A DNA stretch of 61,493 nucleotides, the filler included, from Sphacelaria rigidula (Eukaryota): NCBI GenBank assembly GCA_964200075.2. It is 8 parts of 8 records of this genome, joined end to end, with 100 filler letters (N's around TTAATTAATTAA, not from the genome) between each part and the next. Parts side by side here need not be neighbours in the genome. Positions count along the whole stretch, not along the records: positions 46,197 to 53,795 come from CAXNAA020014165.1; positions 53,896 to 61,493 come from CAXNAA020014166.1; 6 more parts are not named here. The stretch is one strand, 5' to 3'. Below the pieces are notes generated by a model. That model saw nothing but the letters and a program-made list of their open reading frames with translations, had not been told where the DNA came from and ran no database searches. A program made the position numbers and the translations under genes. Shown here in pieces: positions 48,850 through 61,101 of this stretch; positions within the stretch are counted from its first letter, which is position 1; the number at the start of each line of letters is the position of its first letter.

Positions 48850-49078
48850 ATGGGGGGGGGGAGTATTTCGGGCCATTTTTTGCACGAAATTCCGAGTGAA
48901 ATCGTCCTTGAAAGCAGCAAGGGTTGTTCGAACGAGCTTGTTATAGCTGTATAACGCTCATTCATACTGCCTGACACCGTTTCTGACCAAAGATAAGCGC
49001 ACCGCGAGTGTGACAGGTCCTCTGTTTACGTGCAACGGAATACCCCCCCCTCCCCCCCCCCATTCGTAGGATGACTCT
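48850..49078 (-). mobile_element. MITE with poly-G/poly-C subtermini (same family as 61102-61355)
   Basis: The interior is the reverse complement of ~61188-61320; right end CCCC..TCGTAGGATGACTC; the left end is replaced by a family A tail. Confidence 0.7.
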
Positions 49079-49704
49079 CAGGTGTGAACGGGAGAAAACC
49101 AGCTATGGAGGGAAAGGAAAAGAAAAGAAAGAAAAGAATATAAAATGAAGAAAAAAAAGGAAAATAAGAAGAAAAAGGAACGTGCAGGCCAATATCTAGT
49201 AATAATCTCGAAACGGAGATCGCGATAGGCCTCTGTGGCATGGAAGAGAGGATCGTACAAAAACAAAATGCAATGAAACACAATGAATAACGACCGTGGG
49301 AGCAGACCATGCATCTGGCATCCAAGGACGGTACGACTCAGATATCCAAGGACCACGTTATTTGACGAGCTCTGCACAAGCGAGACACAAGCACCATTAT
49401 CGTACGGCAGCAGAAACGAACAAAAGGGGTGAGGAATATGAGAGAAACATGAGAGAAGAAAATAAAGGGGGGGGGGGGGAAGAAGGCAGAAGCAAGAAAG
49501 AGAGGATGAGCGAGAAGGGATCAAAAGACAACAAATACCAATACCAATATCAGCGGGAGCGGTCCTCCTCGTGGCTAGCCTCCTTGCTGCATACACCGTA
49601 CTGGAGGGGATCTTTACATACCCATGCCTCCACTAACTCCCCCACCCCTTCTCGCCACCTTGACTCTCCTACTACGTAATTCCGTTCAAGGCAACAGAAA
49701 ACGT

Positions 49705-50652
49705 TTCACACCCGCAACAGTTAGCGAAACATCGATATGACACCAGTTCGTACACAACACCAGACTCCTCTCCCAACTCATGGACCGGCCATTCTTGTGA
49801 GCACCACACTCTAGTTGTTTCCCACCGCCCCGCTCTCCTCTCCCATCGTAGCCACCCTACCTACTCCCCCGGTCACGCTAGGAGCGGACCCTGCTCCTGC
49901 CCTCCATCCCCCGCCATGCTCCCACTATCCCACTTTTCGAGTCGCCCCGCCCCGGCCTTCCTGCCATCCCACTAGCCGCTGCAGACGTCGCTGCCCGATC
50001 TATCCTACTGCAGACGATAGAAGCGGACTTTACCCCCGTCTGTCCTCCCGCTCCCATCGTCGCTCCGCTTGAGCCACAAGGGGAGTAAGAGAACAGACAG
50101 CTGCAAGATACGTTCCCACCGCGAGGAGAAGGATAGATCGAGCAGCGACATCGCGAGCGGCTAGCGGAGTGGGAGGAAGGACGAGGCCAGCTACGAGGGC
50201 AACGGTAGAGCGGGAAAATAACCGGAGAGAGAGGGAAGAAGCGAGACTTATCCCCCGCTTGACCAGGAGAACGAGCAGGGTGGCTGGGGCGAGATCGGGG
50301 ACGAGAGGGCAGACGGGACGGGGTCCCCTTCTACTGTGATTAGTTGGACGGATACGGCAGTGACTCAGGGAGCGACCAGTGGAGTGGCAGGAGGACGCGG
50401 CCGGCAACAGGGAGAGGTGGAGAGCGAGCGATCGACAGCGAGAAAAGAGGAGCAGGGTCCGCCCCTAGCATGACCGGGAGAATGGGTGGGGTGGCTAAGG
50501 CGGGAGAGGCCAGCGGGGCGATAGGAAGGACAAACCGAAAGAATGGGGCAGGCACGGAGAACCAGAGCGGCCAGTGCATGATGTAGGAGGGAAATTACTT
50601 CAAAATGTGTGAACTGGCGTCGTACCAATGTTTCGTTGCCAACGGGCGTGAA
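49705..50652. mobile_element. Diverged foldback element (~950 bp), C-rich left arm and G-rich right arm
   Basis: Three nested inverted matches: 49705-49750 vs 50612-50652, 49826-49900 vs 50447-50520, and 49972-50005 vs 50131-50164. Confidence 0.75.
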
Positions 50653-51022
50653 TATTCTGCTGTGTCGTATCATAGAAAGCGATTGTAAAAAATAGAGTTG
50701 GAAGTCTGGGGCGACATGGATTTCATTTCTTCAGTATCAACTTGTGAATCGGCGGAATGGCCTGATTGATTGATCGATTGTCGCACTATAACTGACCCCC
50801 CAGGGATTCAGCCAAGGTCTCACGATAGACGTACCCAAGAAAAACGAAACTGAAGCACGCTCGAAGGAAAAAAAAAGAAGAAAAGAAAGAGGGGTCGAAC
50901 AGGTCCAAATAATTCATACAGATGCATCCAGGCAAACATTCACGATAGATTACACAATACACCCATGTTCTCTATACAAAACACACACATATATAAACAT
51001 AGCCAAATGCATGCATCCTCGC

Positions 51023-51206
51023 CTGTAAGAGCGACCTCTGACCGCGCCGGTACCTCCAGGAAAACAATCGAGCGGGTAGATAAGTCGTCCCGAGCCTTTG
51101 CAGAAGCTTCACAACCATCTTGCGGAGCAGGCTCTGTCCCGACCTCACCTCGGCGACACCGACCACGGGGTCGAAAACCACCGGAATCAGGTCGATCAGC
51201 TTCTCC
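51023..51206 (-). CDS. TBCD: Tubulin-folding cofactor D, single internal exon
   Basis: cag|G acceptor; EKLIDLIPVVF...QSLLRKMVVKLLQRLGTTYLPARLFSWRYRRGQRSLLQ matches the TBCD block LLRKLxxKLxQRxGLxxLxxxxxxWRYxRGxRSL; donor CAG|gcgagg. Confidence 0.85.
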
Positions 51207-53373
51207 CTGTTTCAGGACGAGTGAACAATACGTGAGCCACACATTTGACGATGTGTGGGTCATTATCCAGCGTGTCACTCTCCAGTGTGTGTGTTAAAAC
51301 ACCAGAGTGAATGGGCGTGTGAGTGATTATCGCACATCAACTGACGAATGCACCCGAGGAAGATTGACAAGAACACTCGATGAAGGAATCTCGAGAAAAC
51401 AGGCAAACATAACAAGCAAAATTGGAGAAAACAGGCAGCGAAGTGACGTAGACACCAGGCTATAAACCGGTTCCGGCCCCGGGCAATAAACCGTGACAGA
51501 CCTCCTGCCAAAGGCTTTGGGTCGGGAGGCTATTTTAAAACCGAGGCCATGGAATTAGCTCGCAACTCAGCAATCTGAAGCCCAGGCCGCAACTCTCAGC
51601 CATCAACCCTGCAAGGAGGATACACAACACCGAGTGCGGGTGTGTTCCATGGATTGATTGGTTGATTGTGGCACATTAGCTGATCCACGAGGGACGCAGC
51701 CATGGTCACAAGACAGATGTACCCAAGATAAACAAAACGAAAAGCTCGCTCGTTGCTAAAACTAAAAAAAGAATATGTATACGCAATATATTTAGCACAA
51801 GCAAAAGGACTAAACTGAAAAACTAAAACCAAAATAGCCTAGGAAAAGAGCCACTGCTGGGACAAAAAACTTCTGGTATGCTAGCATGTCTTGTAGCTAA
51901 GTAACATCATCGTTCAAGGTTGCCGTGAAGGGGAACAAAGCACAAACATTTCGACGTCTGCTGTTTGACTCTACTGTCTGTAACACCCATGAGCGGAGAT
52001 GCGGGTGGGAGGAGGCGAAACATGGATGGATAGAGTACATGAGGGCAAAGCAAGCATGTTGATCAAACGTAGTCTCTCGCACACAGTGTATTTGTCAAGC
52101 CACTCAACACGTCTGCACAGTGTTAGTAAAGACTACTGGGGTATACAGATCTAGACCGAAGTAACAGTACCTCGTGTTTCAGAAATACAACCATTGTATT
52201 ATTATTTAGTGTAGACCACAGAATGGCTCACCCCACAATAGTGAACCCGTAGCAAAGCACTGAGAGATGTTTACGAGTATTAGATAATGACCACACACTG
52301 CTAACAGAGGAGGGCTATGGCAACACACACCGACACTACTATAATACCACCCTCATCCAACGGTGGACTCAAGGCGACTCCGTCTTGATCGAGAGGAGGA
52401 CACCAGCTATAAGACTGGAAGACCAGAAGACTGATGACGTGAAGGGGGCTGAGTGATACGCTACACACTTGGCTCACACCCGTGCTCCAATCCATCTGTA
52501 CTCTCTATTCCTTCCAGAATCTCCATAATGAAAATTCCTCTACTTCTGCAAGAAGGTTCCCAGATCTGATCCCAGAAGATTCGGAAGTGTACATGAAATA
52601 CCATGTGGAACAGTACAAACTTCCCATATCCTACAGTCTGTTGGCCATGGGTGAAATGACCCGACTGACACAGCAGTGGTCGCAATGAGGACTACAGTGT
52701 GTTCGTGCGCACTACAGTGCGGCAGAGAGTACAACGTTACCAATGCTCATATGGATCTTTGTTCAAGAGGTCGTGACCGACGGTGAGCACGCACGGGCTG
52801 CAATCATTTGTTTACCCGAGATATGTGAAAACAAAATACATAATGTATATGTTGACACAAGCAAATACATTATGAAACGTTGAATTGACAAAAAAAGGAC
52901 GAGATGAGACGTTGACGGGCTGCGAAAATGCTGGTTCACCCTTTGAGAATAATTAAAATGCAAGTACAGGTACTGGGGAAGAGGTGGCTTCATCCCTTGA
53001 TCCTACAGACTCCCTCCAGAGGAGGGGTGGGTTGGAGGGGGTGCCGGGAAATACCCCTCATTCATATGGCACAGCACGATGGCTTCATGTAAAAAATTGC
53101 CGGACATTCATCTTCCTTGCGCGGTGCGCGCTGAGGGCACCCTTCACGCACCAGCCGTCGCCTTGTCTGCACAACGAGATCGCGAGGGTGCCAAACGATT
53201 TGCAACGTACATCCGGGGCAGTGTCAAAGAGAGTGCGCAACACTCATAGTTGTTTTCTCTAGGTACTCTCATCATGTCTAATACTAGTTGAAACAGCAAG
53301 TAAAACATCCCCTTACAGGTCAGGCTAGGGGTTTACGCCAACGATTAGCTTCAAATTTTCAATTCTCGTGTGA

Positions 53374-53564
53374 GGCCGTGTCTTCGTACATCATTTTTTG
53401 ATAGAAAAAGTGCAATGGAAAACAAACAATTCCGATCTGATAGGCCGTGATTTTACCCATCTTGAAACAAAACTACGATAGTTAAAAGTCACGACGTATC
53501 AAATCATAGTTTTTCTTTTCCATCGCACATTTTTAATCAAAAAATAATGTACGAAGACACGCCC
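53374..53564. mobile_element. PIF/Harbinger (Tourist-like) palindromic MITE, TSD TGA
   Basis: tga|GGCCGTGTCTTCGTACATCATTTTTTGAT ... ATCAAAAAATAATGTACGAAGACACGCCC|tga. Confidence 0.85.
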
Positions 53565-54589
53565 TGAGAACATACTATGTACTAGCATAACTAACACCTG
53601 CACACACAAGTGAAACGGCTGAGGCCAGGGTTACGGGTGCAAATACATTATAGTATTTGCGGTGATCTTTTTGCTTTTTTCCTGCCCTGTTTGTTGTCTC
53701 CACCCCCTCACCCCCTTCCCTACCTCCAAAAAATAAAGCAACTCATTGTAGGCTGTCATCCAAATGCGAGATAATCAGTACGCTTCGGGCCGAACNNNNN
53801 NNNNNNNNNNNNNNNNNNNNNNNNNNNNNNNNNNNNNNNTTAATTAATTAANNNNNNNNNNNNNNNNNNNNNNNNNNNNNNNNNNNNNNNNNNNNCAAAA
53901 TAGATCTTCTGTCTGGAGTGCTGTTCAAAGAGATGCTCTACAGAGCCTGCGCACCGGAGACTGAACACTAAAATCACTCTCCAGACGAATCATTCATTCG
54001 TCCGACCTTGGTATATTTTCATATTTTATATCTATATTTTTATGGTTTTTATGCTATATGTTTTTGAACAAGAACAACGCTCAAGTTGAAGAGCAATTAC
54101 AAGGCAATCTGTTTCTCTGTAAATATGTTCAGCCGAAGACGTGGAGGGGAGTGATTGAGGGCTCTTCGTTTTTTTGTTGCAACCTTTTCCATTGAAAAGT
54201 CGTTCCCGTTATGTGATTGCATGCTTCAAGGTCACCCTTATCCTGTACTCGTGTGATGTGGTGAGCTGGATGATCTTGGTCGGCGACGTTTTCGACCCTT
54301 CCAACCTGTCCATAGTAGTTTTAGGCTTTTGGCGACATACCGAGTAGCTCTTGCTGCGATCGTGTGGGTTGTTCAGCGCGGTGGCTGCGGTCTGTCATTT
54401 CTCGAAACCAATCGGACAGTTTCCTGTCTATTCAACTTCACCTGTAGGCCAAGGTTGCGATAATTATTTGTACTTGGAAGAGACGTGCTAGATTTTGGCA
54501 CAAGGCCGCGCTTTTCGGAGCTTGACGCACCCGCTGGAGCATGACACTAACACTGTTTGGATGTTTGCGTTTGTTGCTCCTGTCGACAG

Positions 54590-54712
54590 GATGGGCCGTA
54601 CGTGAGCCCTGAGGAGGCCGTCGCGATCTACACCACCACGGTGCATTGGCTGGAGAGCCGCAAGTTCTCGCCCATACCGTTCCCCCCGCTGTCCTACAAG
54701 TACGACACCAAG
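54590..54712 (+). CDS. PRP8: Pre-mRNA splicing factor PRP8, internal exon
   Basis: cag|GAT ... AAG|gtgtgt; [41 protein letters not shown]. Confidence 0.97.
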
Positions 54713-55539
54713 GTGTGTTGTATACCATGAAGGTGCCAAAGTGCAGGGAGTCTTCGATATTCAGCAAACCTCGTGGCGATTTGCCTCTTCTGTACAGCAG
54801 CGGTCTGCTCATAAGAAACTGAATATCAGGCTCATCTTGAGTTTTTTTTCATTATGATGTGAAGGCCTACTCTATTGAACGTAGTGTAGCAGTCGTTGCT
54901 GAGGGTGAACAGGTCTTTTTCGCAGGGGGGGAGGGGGGGGGAGGGGGGAAGCTCAGGCGGATGTCTAAAACCTTGTGTTTGAGCAACGGGCCACTACTGT
55001 TGGGCAGTATTCCCTCGCATGTGTGTGCGTGCTTTTTTCTCTTGAAGGTGGGAGAAAACCTGACCCACCATTTACACCGCAAGTCGGTTCGTTTGCCGAT
55101 TGCCCGGGGACTCGGCTAGACGCTCTCACGGCAGTCGTGTGGGGAAGGCACCTCCAGCGTTCGCAAGCTTTGCTCAAGGCGGTGTGGGGGTCCGACCCAC
55201 GAAAACTCTCGATCAACTTGGCGCAGTGCATGCGCCGCCCTCCTCCTATGAGCTTCGGCCCTAGTATATATGACGTACATGCTCGCCGCCGCCACTTCAA
55301 GATATGTTGCAATTACATGGTAAGTGAGCCAGACTCTCGGTCGGGAAGGCAGGGTATAGGTGTCGATGACAGTATGATCTATACTTACACATTACCTGTA
55401 CGTTGCAAAAAATTATGGCTCTTCCATCTCGGGACCCACAATGTTTTTTATTTCGTTCTTTTACTCTTTACGGGGGTATGTCGGAGTATTCATTATTCCC
55501 CCTCTCCCCCCCCCTCCCTTCTTTTTGCGTCCTGCGAAG

Positions 55540-55707
55540 CTGCTTATCCTGGCGCTCGAGCGGCTGAAGGAGAACTACAGCGTCAACTCTCGGCTGAACG
55601 CTATCCAGAGGGAAGAGCTGGGGCTTATCGAGCAGGCGTACGACAACCCTCACGAGGCTCTCAGCCGCATCAAGCGACACCTGCTCACGCAGCGTGCGTT
55701 TAAGGAG
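55540..55707 (+). CDS. PRP8: PRP8 internal exon
   Basis: aag|CTG ... GAG|gtacgt; [56 protein letters not shown]. Confidence 0.97.
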
Positions 55708-55738
55708 GTACGTTTTGTTTGTGTACATGATGTGTGTA

Positions 55739-56288
55739 CAGTAGCGGGCGGTCTAACTTTTCATTTGTGGCATTGTGTGATTTTTTCGTAACTGGCGATT
55801 TTCTTGGGCTCTTCTTGCTTGCTACCACTCATCACATCGGAGATCTGAAGATGTTTGTATCCGCTCCACATTCCAAGAAGAAAAAGTCCTCTGTGCTCAA
55901 TATTGAGTGACTTACGGGCTAACCGGTCATCGGGGGTCCTGCCACGTTTCAGCCCAGATTCTTATTCTTCTGTATTTTCGGTCGATGGAGTCCGTCCCGA
56001 TCATATTGTAGAGAAATGTACAGTTTTATTTTATAGAAATTCTTCCTCCCCATTGCACTAGAGCCGAAAAACTGCGTTTCACGGTTCAATAACACTCCCC
56101 TGACGAGCGGGATATTTACTCGTTTCGCCCGATAACACCAACTAACACTGACTCGGGCCCTGTGGTTCGAGGATGATCTGCTTTGTTGTATCAAAATCTA
56201 CCGGCGCTAGCAATTTCAAGTTCTATCGAAGAGTAGTACGCGAGGAAAACCCCCAAACACCCCTTAATAGTTAGACCGCCCACTACTG
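55739..56288. mobile_element. Tc1/mariner-like MITE (TA TSD) in a PRP8 intron
   Basis: ta|CAGTAGCGGGCGGTCTAACT ... AGTTAGACCGCCCACTACTG|ta; sister of 32072-32890. Confidence 0.88.
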
Positions 56289-56767
56289 TAGTGACTGCAG
56301 CAGTAGTACGTACATGTTGGCGTACTTCTCTACGCTTTTGATCGTCCCGATTGAAAAAACCAAAACAAGAAAAAAGTGAACAGCAAACTCAAGCTGTTCT
56401 CGCTACTTCTTTTTTTCCTGCGCTTTCTTGAAAATAAATAATATCCAGAAAAGTGTTTCGAACCATGTGTTGCTATCTCATGTTATGACGATTGTCATCG
56501 ATTGGTGCATACAACCTCGTTTTTTTTTTGTGGAATACATTTGTACGCATGGATAAGTCATGGATGCCATTTTCCACTTTGAACGCCATCAACGCACTCC
56601 GAGGGTAAGGTTCAATAACCACCCCTCTTCAACCAGACTTATCGGGATGGAGTTGAGTGCGAGTATCTCGTGTCCCTCGACGGCGAACCCCTCGTGTGCT
56701 TTCCATGTTTTATTTTTTGCTGCTTCACATATGCGACCGTTTTTTCGAGTCTTTTTTTGCCCTGTAA

Positions 56768-57223
56768 GGCCGCTCCGTGTGGCGTACAAAGACAAAAATC
56801 TGGAAGAGTGCCTTTTGGAGCTTCTACGTCGTTTCACGCCCTAAAAGAGAGCTAGGCGGAATCCGACACCTCGGAATGCCTTGCTGTACTAGTTGAGACG
56901 GTTGCAGCACACCTGTGCGTTACACCGGTGGTCGCAGTCTTTTTTTTGGCCGACCTTGGATTTTTCTCGGAGACTGATGGACGTTTTTTTTCGCAATTTT
57001 CGTGGACTTGACCAGTCTCCCAGAATATGCAAGATCAGGTAAGAAAAAACGTGGCCACCGGAAAAGAGCACAGGCGTGCTGGAACTGTCTCGACAAGTTC
57101 AGCAAGACATTCCAAGGTGTCAAAATCCGCTCACGTAGCTCTGTTGTAGGGCGTAAAACGATGTAGATGTTCCAAGAAAAACGCTTTCCAGATCTTTATT
57201 TTTGTCTGCCATAAAGGGCGACC
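56768..57223. mobile_element. Diverged palindromic PIF/Harbinger-like MITE in a PRP8 intron
   Basis: taa|GGCCGCTCCGTGTGGCGTACAAAGACAAAAATCTGGAA ... TTCCAGATCTTTATTTTTGTCTGCCATAAAGGGCGACC|tga; the arms pair over ~200 bp. Confidence 0.75.
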
Positions 57224-57720
57224 TGAGCGAGTATTTTTGCAGCGTGTACGTTGGGCACGTTTGGATTTGGGATGTTTCATTGGACGTGGAAAAAGCCTGC
57301 AGTTGATCAACCAATGGGAGTACGCTGTTGTTGCGACTCTTGTTGTTTGTCTGGCACCTGATTTCCGGAATACAAATATCCTGAACCCACCGCCATTTTA
57401 TCATTTTTATCATTAATGGTCATCATTATCCATTCAAATCGAGTGCCGTATCACCCGTTTTTCGCCGATCGGGCCGTTGTCGAGTCCATCCCTCTGCACA
57501 GCCACTGCCACCACATCCCACATCTCCCCCTCATTTGTTTTTTTTTAGCCCCATTTGAAAGTGTTGACGACTTGTATCATATTGATATATATATATTTGA
57601 TTTTTGATGGCCAACTTTCAATTATTATTCTTGGCATTTTCAGGTCTTGACGTGGCTTTTTTTATTATAGTTCTGATATGATGTCATCCTCCCATCGTGT
57701 ACCCACACGAATCGCACCAG

Positions 57721-57864
57721 GTCGGGATAGAGTTCATGGACCTGTATAGCCATCTCATTCCCGTGTACCATCTGGAGCCCCTGGAGAAGATTACGGACGC
57801 CTACCTGGACCAGTACCTGTGGTACGAAGCGGACAAGCGGCATCTCTTCCCCAACTGGATCAAG
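57721..57864 (+). CDS. PRP8: PRP8 internal exon
   Basis: cag|GTC ... AAG|gtaaaa; [48 protein letters not shown]. Confidence 0.98.
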
Positions 57865-57935
57865 GTAAAAAAAACTCTCCACTCCAACTTCTTTTCTTTT
57901 TTTTCATGTATACATCTCGTCTCGTTCACTGAAAA

Positions 57936-58995
57936 GGCGAGGGGCGGGCGTGGGGGTGTACTCATGATCATGCATGCCGTAGTCATAAGGCCATTGCGCG
58001 AGGAAAACATTCTCAGTTTCAATTTTTTTACCCCTTGTGTGTGGCCATTGGTTGGGTCAGGTTACTAGACCTGTACGTGTACCTTTTTGTGTGTTTTGTT
58101 TTGTTTTGTTTTGTTTTGTTTTGTTTTGTTTTGTTTTGTCCCCCAGGAGACAGACAGGGACCTTTGCTGTGTACTTGGTCATTTCTAGTTTCGTACAGCG
58201 CGATTGACCATCGTTGCGGTTGCGCTCCACTCCGTCGCGGTGTCCGGCTCTTCACGATATACAAGGACCTCTTTTGATATCAGTTATCATAGGCAAACCA
58301 GGGGGTTGCTTGCTCCTGTGACGACAGCATGTACTCCCATTGGCTTTGGTCCTTCGGGAATCAAGGTGACTCTGTGGTTACTACTCTGTCCCTCGATGAA
58401 TATGACTTGACACATGGCGGAGAACAACACTACGTGCGATACCAGTCTCACCATTCCCGGTCCATACCAACAAATGTCTTCGGTTAAGAATTTGTAGTTG
58501 CCCCCCCCCCCCCCCCCCCCCCCCCACCCACCAGCCCCCCCACCCCCCCCCCCACCCACGACCTCAAGCCACCCCAACNNNNNNNNNNCTCCGTGCTCCC
58601 CCCTCCCCCCCCCCCCCCCCCCCCACACAAAATTTTTTTGGGTTTTGGTTTTTTCTCCCCCCCCCCCCCCCCCCCCCGATGAGACAGTGTAACCCGTGGC
58701 TGTCTCGGGAAATGGCAATACCAGAAAAGGAAGCAACTCATTCTAGGCTGTCGTCGACATACACGATAATCAGTACGCTTGGGGGCCGAACATTTTTTTA
58801 GCAGGATGCAGTTCACCCCTCATGCGACTCGCCCAATACATCACGGCGCGTCGCTCTTGGTGACTGATTGCGAACCTGGTCCCTCGGAAACCCGGCGTGC
58901 TCCGTCCCGGCTTTGTAGATGCGAGGTCAGAAGTCACATACTATGACTACGGCATGCGAAATCATGAGTAACTCCCCGCCCCTCCCGCCCTCGCC
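57936..58995. mobile_element. ~1.06-kb TIR-bounded segment filling most of a PRP8 intron
   Basis: GGCGAGGGGCGGG..TACTCATGATCATGCATGCCGTAGTCATA vs TATGACTACGGCATGCGAAATCATGAGTA..CCCGCCCTCGCC. A related end lies at ~28620-28660. The segment contains (TTTTG)n, poly-C and a 10-N gap. Confidence 0.6.
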
Positions 58996-59121
58996 CCCCC
59001 GCGGCGTTTTGCTTCTTCTTCGACGTGTGCTCCAATATTCCTTGGTTGTTGTTTCGTTGATTGTGGATTATGACCTTCCCATACTTCCATTTTCGTGCGG
59101 TGCTGTGTTGCCAAACACCAG

Positions 59122-59259
59122 CCGAGCGACTCGGAGCCGCCACCGCTGCTGGTGTACAAGTGGTCCCAAGGGATCAACAACCTGTCGGAGGTCTGGGATA
59201 CGGATGCGGGAGAGTGCGTGGTGATGTTGGAGACCAAGTTGGAGAAGGTCTACGAGAAG
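59122..59259 (+). CDS. PRP8: PRP8 internal exon
   Basis: cag|CCG ... AAG|gtgaaa; [46 protein letters not shown]. Confidence 0.98.
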
Positions 59260-59334
59260 GTGAAAAGATCTTCATGTTTTTTGCGGCTTTTCGGTGGAGA
59301 GATTTTTTGGTGCTTTTTTCCCTCCTGTTGATTA

Positions 59335-59819
59335 GGCCGGATGTTATGGCACACAGGTTTTTGGCCCATGGATTGTTCACTTTTATGGCGTTTGAGCCAC
59401 TTTTCGACCCCCAAACAGGGAAAATCGCCAACACATGTCTCGGACACTTTGCTGCATCACCCCACAGAAAGGAGCCTAGTCTGCTTTTCAGATTCGCTTG
59501 GCTTCGAGGTTTCGAGATGAACCGCTGAACAGAAATTCGTGTGCAAAAATCTATGCTTGCCGACCCTCGCCAGTTTGCCCAATAATCTGTGGAGATCGCC
59601 GCAGATTTCATTGCACACGGATTATTGTCCAGCGGCCGCTCTCGAAACCTTTGAGGCGAGCGAATCTGAAAAGCAGACTAGGCTCCTCTCTATTGGGTGA
59701 TGCAAAGTGTCCAAGACGTGTGTTAACGATTTTTCCTGTTTGGGAGTCAAAAAGTGGCTCAAACGTCCCAAAAGTGAACAATCCGTGGGCTAAAAATCTG
59801 TGTGCCATAACATCCGGCC
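59335..59819. mobile_element. Palindromic PIF/Harbinger (Tourist-like) MITE, TSD TTA, in a PRP8 intron
   Basis: tta|GGCCGGATGTTATGGCACACAG ... CTGTGTGCCATAACATCCGGCC|tta; the arms pair over ~215 bp. Confidence 0.92.
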
Positions 59820-60023
59820 TTAGCTTTGGATTTGTTTTTTGGTCATGAAGTTGATGGATGGATGTGAGGGTGTGAACGCTTCGGTAGTTGTTCGTTTGCT
59901 ATCGGGAGTACAGTACGTGCGCTGGTAGTGGATAGACTGGTGGAAGCCAGCGACGGCTGATAGTGGACAGGTATGTTGTACTTTTTTTGTGAATGATCCA
60001 AGCATGGTGATGGTGGCGACCGT

Positions 60024-60082
60024 TGATTTGTGACTGGTGACTGATGATTTGTGACTGGTGACTGATGATTTGTGACTGGTGA
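60024..60082. repeat. 21-bp minisatellite
   Basis: TGATTTGTGACTGGTGACTGA, about 2.8 copies, followed by degenerate units. Confidence 0.85.
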
Positions 60083-60290
60083 AAAGTGATTTAGTGAGCG
60101 ATTTAGGTGTCGGTCACCAGTTATTAGCCATCACTGACCAGTTGTTAGTGACTAGTGTCGGTTGTTGGTGACCATTGGTAGTTGTTAGTCTTCACTCGTT
60201 AGTGATTGGTTATTTGAAGAACGTGGTGGATGTTGGTAATCGAGCCCGTATGTATTGTGCCCACACTGTGTTTGCTGTTACTGTCCGCAG

Positions 60291-60389
60291 GTGGACCTGA
60301 CGATGCTGAACAGGCTGCTGCGGCTGATCGTGGACCACAACATAGCTGACTACATGACGGCCAAGAACAACGTCATGATCTCCTACAAG
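60291..60389 (+). CDS. PRP8: PRP8 internal exon
   Basis: cag|GTG ... AAG|gtgatt; [33 protein letters not shown] (not in the ORF track). Confidence 0.98.
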
Positions 60390-60787
60390 GTGATTGGTTC
60401 CTGCTTTTACCGTTAAAGCGGTAGGTTCTGGTTTTTCAATGACGAAATTGAGGTGACTTTTTTCCGAGTGAAAAACTGAACGACCGTGTTTTGTTTGGTT
60501 TTCTACGGGGGAGTGACGACCCTGGAAAGGTAAGTAGATGGACTCAGATGCGCCTTGTTGCCATTTACAGACGTATTCGTGCGTTTCATCTGATCGATGT
60601 TTTGTACGGATGGCGTCTTTTCTCGTTATTCGATTGGTCCGTGCTCCATGATGGATTTCAACATCTTGTATTGCGCAACGAGTATGGCAGACCTACAACA
60701 TTGTTCCATTCTTCCTTTTATTCGTATGCGTTTGTTTTGTTCCCGCCTCCCCCCCCTCCGCCCCCCTCCTCTCCCTCGTTTGGTCAG

Positions 60788-60937
60788 GACATGATGCACA
60801 CGAACTCGTACGGATTGGTCCGAGGTCTGCAGTTCGCGTCGTTCATCTTCCAATACTACGGTCTCGTGCTCGACCTGCTGCTGTTGGGCCTGACGCGAGC
60901 ATCGGAGATCGCGGGCCCGCCCACCATGCCCAACCAG
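60788..60937 (+). CDS. PRP8: PRP8 internal exon
   Basis: cag|GAC ... CAG|gtgatg; [50 protein letters not shown]. The gene continues beyond the window. Confidence 0.97.
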
Positions 60938-61101
60938 GTGATGGTGGTGGTGGTGGTGGTGGTGGTGGTAGTAGGTGATACGAGCGTTGTACTTTTGCCT
61001 TGTAAACGCCTCTGCTTTTGTTGTTGTTCTATGTTTGGACTTGCGCTGAGGAATTTTGAATCCTTGCCGTAAGGCGGGTGATGAAAAGTCTGCAAGGCTT
61101 A

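Noticed and set aside
54975-55703. 242-aa ORF, the longest in the track
   Set aside because: It runs through PRP8 intron sequence and overlaps the real exon in the wrong frame.
54590-60937. PRP8 intein or other in-frame insertion
   Set aside because: The exons join colinearly with canonical PRP8 with no extra coding sequence.
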